NCBI GenBank assembly: GCA_032718475.1 | Contig: JAUCBJ010000290.1 | Span: 1 to 51,425 of the forward strand | DNA length: 51,425 bases | DNA from: Nemertoderma westbladi | Lineage: Eukaryota > Animalia > Xenacoelomorpha | Direction of reading: 5' to 3' | Made by a program: the position numbers and the translations under genes | Shown here: one piece after another, positions 36,488 to 48,000 of the stretch | How the letters are laid out: each line of letters opens with the position of its first letter | Numbering within the stretch: the stretch's first letter is position 1 | Notes under the pieces: model-generated | Databases searched by the model: none | What the model saw: only the letters and a program-made list of their open reading frames with translations | What the model was told of the DNA's origin: nothing

Positions 36488-39037
36488 ATGGCGAGTAAGT
36501 TGATCAGAAAGAGAAAGGCGGAGTCAGGAGGAAAGGAGATACTGGTGGATTTCACCGAGAGGCATCCAGAAGAGAAGACGAGAGGATACTACGAGAGGTT
36601 GGAAAGGGGTCACGCGGCACGAGCGCTGCAGGATCACTTCCGGGAGGCGCACGAACAGCGGCTGGTCGGGACCTACGGGACCCCGTCGCTGGACAATGCG
36701 ATCTTCCAACACTTCCACTACGTGGTGAAAGGGGACGAGGCGAAGTTCGGGATTCCGAAATACCCGAGGGAATCACCGAGGAAGGACTGGAAGAGATTCA
36801 TAGAGTCCGTCAACAGAGGAGGATATATGATCCTAGATGACGAGGGAACCGTGGAAGACGAGGCGGGTTCGAGACGAGGAACGGCAGGGTCGGCCAGGAC
36901 CATACTCCTACATTTGGCCGCGCCAAATGGGGACATCTTCTTATTCGACCTAGGGACGTATGGGAAGAAGGACGGGCCGAAATTAGACCGATTACCGAAA
37001 GCGGTACAAGTCTTAGTAAGAGAGAAGTCGACGACGAAAGTGGGATCGGCGATTCGCGAGGACGTGGAGAGGATCATCGGTCCGGACGCCACCAACCTCC
37101 TGGATATGCAGAAAGTCTTTATGGCTATGACGGCACCGGATGGATTGGGGGTAGTCGAAAACACAGGCCAATGCGGGGCGGTGGCGATGGGCCAATTATT
37201 GGGGCTCGTATGCCACAAACCGATGGACTGGGGGAAGTTTAGGGAAGAATACGGAGCAGAACTAGCGAACTCGCTAAAGTGGGGAGCGAGACCGGGAAAG
37301 CAGGAGGTATATCAGTTCCGCAGGGGAGCGATAAAGGTATATCAGAAGCGATATATCCTGCAGGAGGACTGGATGATGATAAGTTTGCTTAACTTATTCA
37401 TTACCGTGATTATCGAGAGGGAACCAGGGGCATTTCTGTTATCGGGATCACCCCTAAGCTACAGGAGAGCCTTTAAAGTGGCCTTTGACGGTCTGGTAGA
37501 CCACCCGGGGCTGAAGGGCGAGTCGGTGTACTACAACACCCGACATCTGGTAGACGGGGAGACAGATACACCGTATCAGAGATGGGAGCAGCTAGAGACG
37601 GATAGACGAGAAGCAAAGCGACTGGAAGAAGTCGCTAGACGGGAGAGGATAGAAGCAGAGGAGAGGGAAGAGGAGGCCAGGACACAGAGTTACGGCTTCG
37701 AGGAACAGGCGGGCCTAGACGAACTTCATTGGACTTCGTCAGGGAGTTCGGGGAAGTCTCTAGGGCGGGAATTGGGATGGACGGTGGGATCGCCGAAACA
37801 GTCGACATCGGGGTTGCAAACGATGCCCATACCAGCGGGCGCCGAGGGCGACCAACCGCCAAGGAAGTTAAGGGAGCTAGAGGGATGGAGAGCTACGGGC
37901 GAGAGCCAAGGCGGGAAGGGACATAGTGGATCCATTGGGATACCGGGATTGGAGACACTACCAGAAGAGGAGGACGACGACGACGAGTTCGGAGAGATGC
38001 CGTCCATCGAGAGGATAGGCCACTCGGACACGGACTGGGTTGGCGGAAGGGTGGTGACGGCCAGTGGGGCGAGGGCCTTCTGGAACAGATCCGGCAAGCG
38101 GACCTGGGTGCACGAGGAGCCGGCGATGGATTTCGCGGGGAGCACCATCAGGTTGGGCGAACAACCGGGGACGGCACCACGGGTAGTATTCGGGGAGACG
38201 ATGCCCGAGAGGGGCGGAGAGATCGACGTAGATAGAGAGACCAACGTAGAGAAGTTCGCCTACCAGCGACTCCACAGACCGCGGAGATCGCTTGGGACGA
38301 AAGACGAGGTGGGACGGGAGACATTGGTACTCGGCTGCGACTACTGTGGGAGACAGACCCATTGGGAAAGCAGCTGCCTATACCGGTTCCAAAAGGGAAC
38401 CTTTTGTCTCTACTGCAGAGAACCAAGTCACAGGATGGGGGCGTGTCCACGGTTGCATAACCGATGTCCAAAGTGCCACTTTCGGGGACACTACGGACGC
38501 GAGTGCGACTGGATGAACGACGAGGAGAAGTTCACAAGATTCGAGGAGTGGGCCGACGTCGGGGCCATGACGCGCCAGCGCATGAAGGCCCAGGAGTTCA
38601 AGTGGGGTTTCTTCCTTATCAATCAGGAGACTCACATGGAAATCATAAAGCGGAGGCTACCGTTTACCTACCAAGAGGTAGCAACGGCGGCGTCGTACGC
38701 TGGAGTGATGAACACGCAAAGGTATCTGGACAGGTGGATGCCAGAGAACCGAAGGGAGTTTAGGGATTTCTTGGCGGAGCACGTACCAAAGGCAATGAAA
38801 ATGATCCTATGGGACGCCACCAGAGGGAGACAACCGGGTCACTCTGAGGGGCCACCGGCGAAGCGATATCGGGCACTAATAACACCAGCGCCCAAGGAGC
38901 CAACGACCGGGATCAGCAAGGAAGTGGCGGCGAAGGTCCGAAAGCAGAAAGCGGATGATGCCAGAGGAACGGTGATAACCAAGAAACGACCCAGGGAAGA
39001 GGACGCCAGGGGGAACTACCCCCGGAGGAACAGATAG
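36488..39037 (+). CDS. Intact 849-aa accessory ORF: DEDDy-like 3'-5' exonuclease domain plus three CCHC zinc knuckles
   Basis: ExoI-like ILDDEG; LLHLAAPNGDIFLFDL; LPKAVQVLVREKSTTKVGSAIRED (ExoII-like); LLDMQ; ExoIII-like QKRYILQE. Knuckles CDYCGRQTHWESSC, CLYCREPSHRMGAC and CPKCHFRGHYGREC. Basic termini. The ORF is certain; the exonuclease call is from motif recognition. Confidence 0.8.
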   Translation: MASKLIRKRKAESGGKEILVDFTERHPEEKTRGYYERLERGHAARALQDHFREAHEQRLVGTYGTPSLDNAIFQHFHYVVKGDEAKFGIPKYPRESPRKDWKRFIESVNRGGYMILDDEGTVEDEAGSRRGTAGSARTILLHLAAPNGDIFLFDLGTYGKKDGPKLDRLPKAVQVLVREKSTTKVGSAIREDVERIIGPDATNLLDMQKVFMAMTAPDGLGVVENTGQCGAVAMGQLLGLVCHKPMDWGKFREEYGAELANSLKWGARPGKQEVYQFRRGAIKVYQKRYILQEDWMMISLLNLFITVIIEREPGAFLLSGSPLSYRRAFKVAFDGLVDHPGLKGESVYYNTRHLVDGETDTPYQRWEQLETDRREAKRLEEVARRERIEAEEREEEARTQSYGFEEQAGLDELHWTSSGSSGKSLGRELGWTVGSPKQSTSGLQTMPIPAGAEGDQPPRKLRELEGWRATGESQGGKGHSGSIGIPGLETLPEEEDDDDEFGEMPSIERIGHSDTDWVGGRVVTASGARAFWNRSGKRTWVHEEPAMDFAGSTIRLGEQPGTAPRVVFGETMPERGGEIDVDRETNVEKFAYQRLHRPRRSLGTKDEVGRETLVLGCDYCGRQTHWESSCLYRFQKGTFCLYCREPSHRMGACPRLHNRCPKCHFRGHYGRECDWMNDEEKFTRFEEWADVGAMTRQRMKAQEFKWGFFLINQETHMEIIKRRLPFTYQEVATAASYAGVMNTQRYLDRWMPENRREFRDFLAEHVPKAMKMILWDATRGRQPGHSEGPPAKRYRALITPAPKEPTTGISKEVAAKVRKQKADDARGTVITKKRPREEDARGNYPRRNR

Positions 39038-39749
39038 GTTCCCAGAGTCGAGGGAGAGAGACTGGGACTTGGACGTGGTACGCCTGGAAGGCGCCGCGTG
39101 GGATGTACGAACTATTAAGCACAAATTTAATTAATGCAAAATAATCATATAAGTGCAATTTGTATGTACGTACGTAGTAATTAGTAATCTAGAAATATAT
39201 ACGTTCGGAGTAAGTACTATAGTCATACAACCTTTCTCAATTAGCTACTGGGACTGGGGGATAACTGACTATGGCACTATGGACGAGACACCAGACAATT
39301 TCACACTTCTTGAGTGCGACGGCATGAGAGGGGGGGGGGGGGAGATTCGTCAGAAGGGAAGAGACAGTCGAAGTGAGGTTGAGGGACGGAATAATAGTGC
39401 AGAGTGCGGAGAGAGTGCGGACGCAATTCTAGTGTGGGGGGGAGAATAAGAGGCTGAGTGAGGGACGAGGAGGTCCGAGTGTGAGAGAGTTAGGGTGAGA
39501 GTGAAGAAGAGATAGGGCGGAAGTGTTGGGAAAACAAAAGTTGCGTGAGAGGTGAGCGCGATCGGCCCGACATGAGACGCAAGGCACACAGGGTAGCGTT
39601 ATCATACCCATAGGGGGCGGCCTGGAAAGCCGACTCCGAGAGAAAAGAATTCCACCCCACACCCGATACTAGATCGGGATCCAGCGGGATTGTAGCGCAC
39701 TTTTTTGGTTGATGCTATCTTCTTACCGGGAAGATAGCATGGGGGGGAG

Positions 39750-40287
39750 TGTTAGCTTATTCAATCCCGCTAACACCCCATAAAGTTATAAGCCGATAAG
39801 CAATATTGGGAGCCACGAGATTGGATAATTAACCAACTCGTGCCATCCCAATAAGAGTGGGAAGGAAGCACACAATAGAGGGTCAGGGGCCAAACCCCTA
39901 ACCCAGAGAGAATAGGTGGAGTGAACGGGAGCACTCCAAGGGGCGCCAACAAGGGTATCAACCAATCAGAGGGGGGAAAGGCATCGATTAGGTAGAGTAA
40001 CAAGGCCAACCGTGCAATATAGCCACTTGGCAGTAATAATACCAATTCAGTTATCTCAGTGCAATACCGGTGCTAGTTTAGGTTATTACATAGTTTTAGA
40101 TAGGGAAGGACCGGGACTTTAGTTACCGTATCCCGCCTTCCATATACGACAATACTATATCTATATCTATATCCACATATCATATTATATACGACAAACA
40201 ACATCAGAACTCATTCACTCTTTATACACGGCGGGGACGCGTGAACTAAAACCGGATAAACCGGGATCCCTCTTGGATCCCGTCACA
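39750..40287 (+). repeat. 3' LTR of the inner element (538 bp)
   Basis: Follows the PPT. Differs from the 5' LTR by two substitutions that I could see and a 26-bp indel (40005-40030). Confidence 0.97.
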
Positions 40288-43277
40288 ACTGGGATGAAGG
40301 CCATTTTACCCAGCAACATAATATACCTAGATTCAACACTGATTATCCAGGGGTGCAGATCTTACTTGGCCAAAATGCGCACGAAGCGCTTGAGACATTA
40401 GAAAAACGGCCTGCTCGACCGCAACCATTGCAGACGTATGCGGGAAGAACGAGAGTAGGTTGGTACTTCACTGGACCTTCCCGTAGAACCCTAATGGAAA
40501 GACTCCCTAATGAAAGAATACATCAGGTGAGTGAATGGGAAGAAGAAATCAGTGAGGGAGAAACCACAACTGAGGAAGTTCCATACTCCATCTCATCAAT
40601 CAACATGGCGGACAATTTACTTATAACGATGAATTAAACGAAGTGATAGATCGATAGATCGAAGTGATAGAACTAAACGGATTTGTCTAAGTATCCTAAG
40701 CACTTATTTCGATCCATTGGGATTCATTAGCCCAGTTATATTAGTTGCTCGGAGCTTAGTGCAACAAATGTGGCTCGAAAACCACTCGTGGGATGATCCA
40801 CTTAAGGGAGAACTGCTAAAGAAGTGGATGAAATGGGAAGATTCTCTACCATCCATCGAGAACTTTAAGATTTCCGTTCATATTTTGGTCACGTTCTCCC
40901 CACGTATTCCTATCAACTCCATGTGTTTGGAGACGCCAGCGATATGGGAATAGGTATAGTAGCCTACCTGAGAGTTGAAACTCCGGATGGAATTAAAGTT
41001 GCCTTGGTCGCCTCTAAGGCCCTAATAAACAACAAACTACGAGTTCCTAGAGCGGAGTTAAAGGCGGCTCTATACGCTACAGCCATCGGCCGGAATGTAA
41101 CAGAACAGATCGACTATCCACTGGAGAAAACTGTTTATTGGACTTATGCTTTACTCGTTCTGGAGTATATAACAAATGAAGTCTGTCAGTTCATCGTCTT
41201 CATTACCAACAGAGTAGCCATTATACTTAGTCGCTCTAATGTAGATCAATGAAGACATTGCCCTGGGACGATCAATCCAGCCGACATCGCCTCCAGAGGA
41301 GCAACTCCTCAAGAACTGATAGATACTCCAGACTGGTTAGGTGGACCCGACTTCTTAAGTAAAGAAGAGGATGAATGGCCTCCTCATCTTACCATGGCGG
41401 AGATTAGACAAGCCAAGGGAGCGGAGAAAGTCAAACCTAAAACCCGGATGAGTAAATCAAAGTTATTTAAACCCATGATAGATCTGTCTGTACTACACAT
41501 CTCCGGGGACGACGCTGTGGATCTAAACTCCACCACTACGAACAAATCTGTTATAGAAATCAGGGAAAGAGACTGGAAATCTGGAACACCAGATGTCTCG
41601 CAAGGACTCTCCCCTCTCCTACAGAGAGCAATAAATCATTATAGCTCCTGGAATCGGCTTTGCAAGGCCGTTGTGTATCTTAAGAGATGTTTCCATAATC
41701 ACTATTCCAGGACGAAGATCGCTAGTGATACCGCTCCAATAATATCCGAAAAGGTCCATGTTGTTAAAGACCTTCCCACTTATAAAGTGTCTGATAGGTT
41801 TCTGACTGAGAAGATCAGTTACCATGAACATGAGGATACCAATAAGCAGATACTGAGACTCCTGCAATGCTACGAAGATTCCGATAAGTATTTCCAGTTG
41901 TTGAGAAATCCACAGATGCGTTTAAGGGATCGTTTCTCTAGCACAATGATAGATGGGTTAATACGTGTCGGAGGGAGATTAACTAGTGCTCCATTGTCCT
42001 TTGACACTAAATTTCCCATACTCATTAGAAATCTTGAAATACAATTAAAGATGATTGTAGATGTTCACAGTAGGCTTTACCATGCTGGTAGAGAACGAGT
42101 TCTTAGCGAAATTCGAACTCGCTATTATTTCCATAAGCCCCATAGAGCTCTGAACCAAGTTCTTAGGAACTGTATACCCTGTAGGAAAGCATTTGGTAGG
42201 CCTTTAACACAGAGAGAGGCAGAATTACCTAGGGAACGAGTAAGCTTCTATGAACCACCCTTAATTAATACTGGTGTGGACTTATTTGGCCCTATTGAAG
42301 TATATCGTGCTAGGACTATAGTCAAGCGATGGTGTGTCATTTTTGTCTGTATGACTTGTAGAGCGATCCATCTAGGTATGGTGAATTATCTATCTACCAA
42401 CAGCTTCATACTGAGTTTACGCCGACAGATCGCTCGTTTTGGGACTAGCAATACTATGAGATCCGACAAAGGAACGAACTTCATTGGCGCCAATAATGAG
42501 ATCAAAGCTTACGTGAAAGATTGGAACCAAAGACAGGTGGATGATCAGCTAAGGGTAACGGCATCTAGCTGGACCTTCAACGCCGCCGACGCCCCTTGGT
42601 GGGGAGGAAGTTGGGAGAGATTAATACGGAGCATGAAGACCGCATTTCACTTTGTAGTGCCGTGCCGCGCGTATCTCACCGATGAACTTTTGCGGACATT
42701 AATGGAAGAAATCGCCGCCTATCTTAACGAGAGACTGCTTATGCCAGTCTCATCGAGTCCCGACTCCCTAGAAGCACTAACACCCGCGCATTTCCTACTA
42801 AAGAAACCTGTAGCCATGCTCCCGCAATCGGAAATCATGGACGGAGATGAATACTGCCGACAAACTTGGCAACTTATGCAGTTATTATCCCGTCGTTTCG
42901 CTGACCATTTCGAAAAACATTATCTTCCTATGCTACAACTTCGAACAAAGTGGTTTGCGCAGCAAGAAAACGTAAGCGCCAGAGACATGGTCCTTATCGT
43001 GGAATCAGATCTTCCACGTAAGCGGTGGCAGACAGGTCGTATCATCGAGACTCATATATCCGATGATGGTTTAGTGCGATCGGTAGAACTCGTCGTCATG
43101 CGACGTAACTTTAAGAAACCTGGAATTGTATTCGAAACACAACAACTTAATCGCCCAGTTGGTCGTTTATGTTTACTGGAAAGAGATCGAGAATTGTCCG
43201 GAAACTATGGAAGGCAAGATACTCTTCCCACGACCACCTCCCTAATCCAGCAAACATCTAGGGACTCCCCAACGTAA
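40288..43277 (+). pseudogene. pol: Outer BEL/Pao pol remainder: protease end, RT deleted, RNase H region and integrase
   Basis: Removing the inner element rejoins EAYNW|DEGHF...QILLGQ...VGWYFTGP in frame. Next come TKRICLS...FDPLG, FGDAS, PRAEL and NPADIASRG. Integrase (41394-43277) has H..YHAG, CIPC, GVDLFGP, SDKGTNF and WERLIRSMK. No RT motifs are present. Confidence 0.92.
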
Positions 43278-43859
43278 CACCATTTGGAGTGGGTGTGTGA
43301 CAACATTATTTTATTTTATTTTTTATTTTTTTTATATTTATGTATGTATTATTACATAATTTTATTATTATAATCGTTTTCTTTAATTTTATTTAGTAGT
43401 ATAATATTTTAACGATTATTCAGTAAATTAGTGCAATATATATTCGTGTTTATTACTTAATTACTTAGCATAATATATTTCGTTTAACGGCGAGAAATAA
43501 TTCATTTTCTCTTTCCTTACTGTCCGTATCATACTATAAATATGTGACTACAGTAAGATGAAATGTCCGTACTTATTAAAGTACAAAATACCGCCCCTAC
43601 TATACTTAAGTATTATTGGTAAGTAGAGTATTAGGAATGCAAAGTTCAGATCCTCGTGTCTCGGCTAAACCAAGCTCTAGGTAGACCTTGGAAACGACTT
43701 GCCTCTTCTCACTGACATTGCTTCTTGCAATATTGCTCTCATACCGTATATTAAATAATACATATAGTAGAATGATGTCCATTTAACAGTAGCGTTGAAG
43801 TTCAAAATATTAACAAACATTATTAATATCATTAATGTTATCAAACAAATCTGTTAATA

Positions 43860-44270
43860 ACCTTCAAATAAATCTGTTAAACCCTTTGACCATCTGAAAT
43901 TCTAGTCGATTAAGATATCGCGGCACCCACCGATATACTTGAAAGACAAAATTCTAGAATCAGTGGTTAACGTCCCCAGACATGTTCTGGAATAAATCGG
44001 TGCCATCTTAAATATTAAATATTTAATAAATATTTATAAAATCTGTTAAAACAAATGTTATAATAGAGTAAATGCTGACAAATTAACTCTAGAGAGTTTG
44101 TAAATCAAAATCTATTAAAATTTAGATCCTTTAAAATTCTAGTCGATTAAGATATCGTAGCACTTACTGATACTCTTAAAAGGACAAAATTTCTAGAATT
44201 AAGGATCCTAGTTCCCAGACATGTTCTGGAATAAAATTGTGTCTATTTTAATATCAAATAATAAAATTTA
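43860..44270. repeat. Imperfect direct repeat (period ~237 bp) in the outer element's pol-to-accessory-ORF spacer
   Basis: aaattctagtcgattaagatatcg occurs at 43897 and 44134; cccagacatgttctggaataaa occurs in both copies. Confidence 0.85.
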
Positions 44271-45057
44271 CGGGAATAAATTTTAAATTCATATCCTCTC
44301 ATGAATTTGATAAATTGTCATTTTATACAATTTATAACATTCCCAAAATTCCATTAATTAATAGATCATGGGAGCGGAGATTCACCCTATTAAGTATATT
44401 AGTGTGCGAGAATCTCCAGTGTACAGTCAATAGCCGATAAAATTCACAAATTCATGTATAAGGGGAATATTGACAATTAAAGAATCACTATTAAATAGCA
44501 TCCCAGATCTGTATGCATGAGAATTACCCTAATTCTACCGCTAGCTTTCCATAATGTCACCATAGCAACAACCACGCTAGAATTAGAAGCGAGTTAAAAG
44601 AACAATAGAAAGCTTGCCCCATTGAATAGCATACGTAATAAATAGCACCCTGCTAGTATCCAGGGATACATAATAATAACGTGGCATTCTGGAAGGTACT
44701 TGACTAACGGACAAATGGCCCGAATGCGTACAATTTGTGACAGGAATGTGGAATTTGTGTATTTATAGGTGAATGTTACTACTAAAGTGTGTTTACAGTA
44801 GCGAGTCGCAGTTGTGAAAGTTACCCTGCCTCTGTAGCAAGAACCTCCAGTAAATCTAAGCCCTTGGGACGGACAGTGGAGTGACTCGCGCTGATTATTG
44901 TTGTCGTTGTGTAGCTACTACGTTGGCGAGAGGCACAGCTACGATAGTACATCAGTGCTGAGGATCTTGCGCTGTCCGGGGGCACTGAGGGGGAGGCAGC
45001 GACGACCGCTAGCCTAATTATAATTAATTATAATATCGATAAACTCATATAGCAGCT

Positions 45058-48000
45058 ATGACTGAGTTGGTAGAAGATGATCTTGGTATCAGGGAGCGAT
45101 ATACCCTACCATTGCAGGCGTTTGTTGATAGTTTAATAAGCAGCGACGCTAGTCAACATACTACAGAGGACGATGGCCGTTATATCGAACCGCCAATGTC
45201 AAAGGAACAGCTCACACGTGAATTGGACTATAGAAAATTCACCGCTCGCTATACGCATCGTAATGGTACGTATATGGACTTCTTAACGACTGGTCATCCT
45301 ATCGATTTACACGACACGGACGATGTAGACACCGAAAGGGAAATGATTCTATTTAAATATCATACCCAGCGGAGTCGGAATGATAAACTGAGAATTGAAC
45401 ATGAAAATTCTATTCGAAACCGACTCGAAAGAGAAGATATTGAAGAGCCAGATAAACGCAGTGACTTCAACGAATATTTGGAATTCTTGAGAGAAACATA
45501 TCTCAATGTAGCCAGTCAACAAAATCTAGAAACTCGATATCCTCAAGGTATACATCATAACCCTATGATAGAACTCAAACGACTCTATTTCACTATGATG
45601 TATCTTACCGCCGATCGACCACTACCTGTTGTACCGGATAGCTTCAAACTGGAACTGGAACTGGAACTTGTAAAACTGGAGAAAGATCACCAGCGTTTCC
45701 CCTACAAGACGTGCGTCTTAGGTATTATTGCGATGAATGCCCTAGACCCAACCAACAAACGGAAAGACATAAACATCCGCGGAGACGTTGCGCTAAACAC
45801 AGTTTTACTCGCTATACTTACGGGAGTTTCGAGCAAAACTTGTTCGACGAATCACCCACGCTCGCTCGACTCAAACGATCCTTAAATAAACCGATGATCA
45901 GAGTTCCGGAATACTCGGTCAGACCTCCTTATTCCCTGGTGAGACCTCAGACTCTTGATCCTAATAGTATGACGGATCCTCCTGAACTGTACTCATTGTT
46001 CAAAGATCTAGTGTTACCCGAACAATTAGTCGGTGGCACTCTGGTAGTGGGCTCCCTAGATATTCGCCCATCCTACCTAGCTGGATTGGGACGCGGACAT
46101 CTAATATCGCCGTTCAACCCGTATAATCGTCCTGGTTTAACTCCGATACAACCTGTCACCGAGGTGGAGGAGAGCGTTGTACGAAACGCATTAGACGCTA
46201 TTCGACAAAAGATCGGAAAAGGAACCTATGATTGTTTAGACAAACGTAAATTGCAGCAACAAGTCCAAGCGGTAAAAGAATTAGCTTTACCCCAGTTCGA
46301 TCTGGAAATCCAGAATCTCGAAGAAGATATCGAACTTGGATGAACCTACTTGCTGCAAGAGTTTTTGGACGAACGCTTCCAATGACAAGCGGAGGAAAAT
46401 CAGCTCGAGGAGAAGCATGTCGAAATGGACGAGAGAGAAGAAGCAGCTTTAGCCCAGCCAGAAGCTCAAATCCGTATGACTGATCTCTATTCCAAAACCA
46501 CCATTCATCCTTCGATGGTTCCCCAGTTCGGAGACAAACTCTTCGCCACGGTACAACCCCAACCGGTTGATATCAACTTAAGATCTAGAGATCTTATCGC
46601 TGACGCTCCTATGTTACAACGTCTGCCAATCGAGGCCGCTCGTGCCGACAGTGTACTCGTTGAACCTCCGGACAATCGAGCGGATCTTGTCCGTCGTATG
46701 GTACACGAGGTCAACCTACGTGCTAGACCTTTACCGAACTCATTTTATGGGATCAAAGACCACCCCTATTATGTCAATTTAACTCAATATATTATATGGT
46801 AAAACCGGAAGATCCTACACATAGTTTAAGGTTTCTACCACTGATAAACCCCCTAGATCTTGTTGAACTAGAACAACTACAGAAACATCTAGATCAATTG
46901 GTCAAAGTAAACTCATTTAGAAAACCTTATAACGTTTCAAGAATAGAAAAGGATATAATGCCTCTGTATAATCTCGATGGATTTATTAAAACTCGATTAG
47001 TCCATTGGAATCTCGATGTATTATTCGAGGAAGAGAGAATACAGCGATATGGAGATGCAGAGACTTATACTACACATTATCTGAAGTATAGCGATCTACC
47101 TAACGCAAGCGAACGCGCTACCTTATGGCATCCGGTGGGTATGACTATAGAAAACGCCACCAAGGAGTGGAACGAGACTCTTAACGTTATCGAAATGTAT
47201 GGAGTTGTCACTTATGATAACGAAGGTAGCATTCCGGTTGGAGAACTGGGAACTACGCGAATGATACACATACGTGGACTAGCTGGTTCTACCCATTTGT
47301 TTACTCGAGCGTGTTCCGACATGATTTATTATTCTTTTGAGACTCTCACCGAGATACAAAAGAAACTCCGACATGGACAATTCGAACTCGCTCAGCGTTA
47401 TGTTACCGATACCGAGCGCAAACCGGCCATGGGTTTAGATGGATTGATGCTACCCCAGCCAGTGCTCGAGATGCTGTTCGATGAGAGAATCCTTAAAATC
47501 GGCTCAGCTGTTTATGGAGATCTCCAAAATATCTTCAGAAACATGGAGAATATCCCATATCCTTTCATAGACACCCAGCTGATTGCTCCCTGGGCAGAAG
47601 GCCGAGGTTTCTTCCAAACTATGTATGCCAATACATCCAGCGGCATCAATAAAGTACAACGAACCTCTATCGGACATCTTGCCTTCCAAGAATGCGGATG
47701 GAATTTCAAAGTCGGAAACCCTGTCAGCTACCAACAAGTATATGGAGATCATTATTCTCGCTTATACTTCGAAGGACCATTAACTGCACCTGGCGTCGTT
47801 TATAGCTTTATGAGTGTTCCACTCCGTCCCTCATTAGCTATATACACTATCTTCGAGAACGCCGCACTTGCCGGTTGGCTAGCTGATGTGTGCAGTCGCA
47901 CTATACGCGCCCATCCCTTGTTACTTGGAACCAAGCTCGCCAAGCTAGATGAACACAATAAATTCATCCGACTCGAATGCTTTAGGCACTTTCTGACTCC

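Larger units (their letters stand above)
26036..40287 (+). mobile_element. Inner full-length BEL/Pao LTR retrotransposon (14252 bp) with an extra 3' ORF
   Basis: Two TG...CA LTRs, a perfect 5-bp TSD ACTGG (26031-26035 and 40288-40292), PPT gggggggag (39741-39749), and gag-PR-RT-RH-IN order with BEL/Pao motifs. Confidence 0.97.

Noticed and set aside
36488-39037. env interpretation of the extra ORF
   Set aside because: No evident signal peptide, C-terminal transmembrane anchor or glycoprotein-like Cys pattern. The cysteines form CCHC knuckles.
43295-45000. TGT after a purine tract at ~43295 as the outer 3' LTR start
   Set aside because: No partner LTR is available. The inner element has a similar post-pol purine tract that is demonstrably not its LTR start. 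Not fully excluded.
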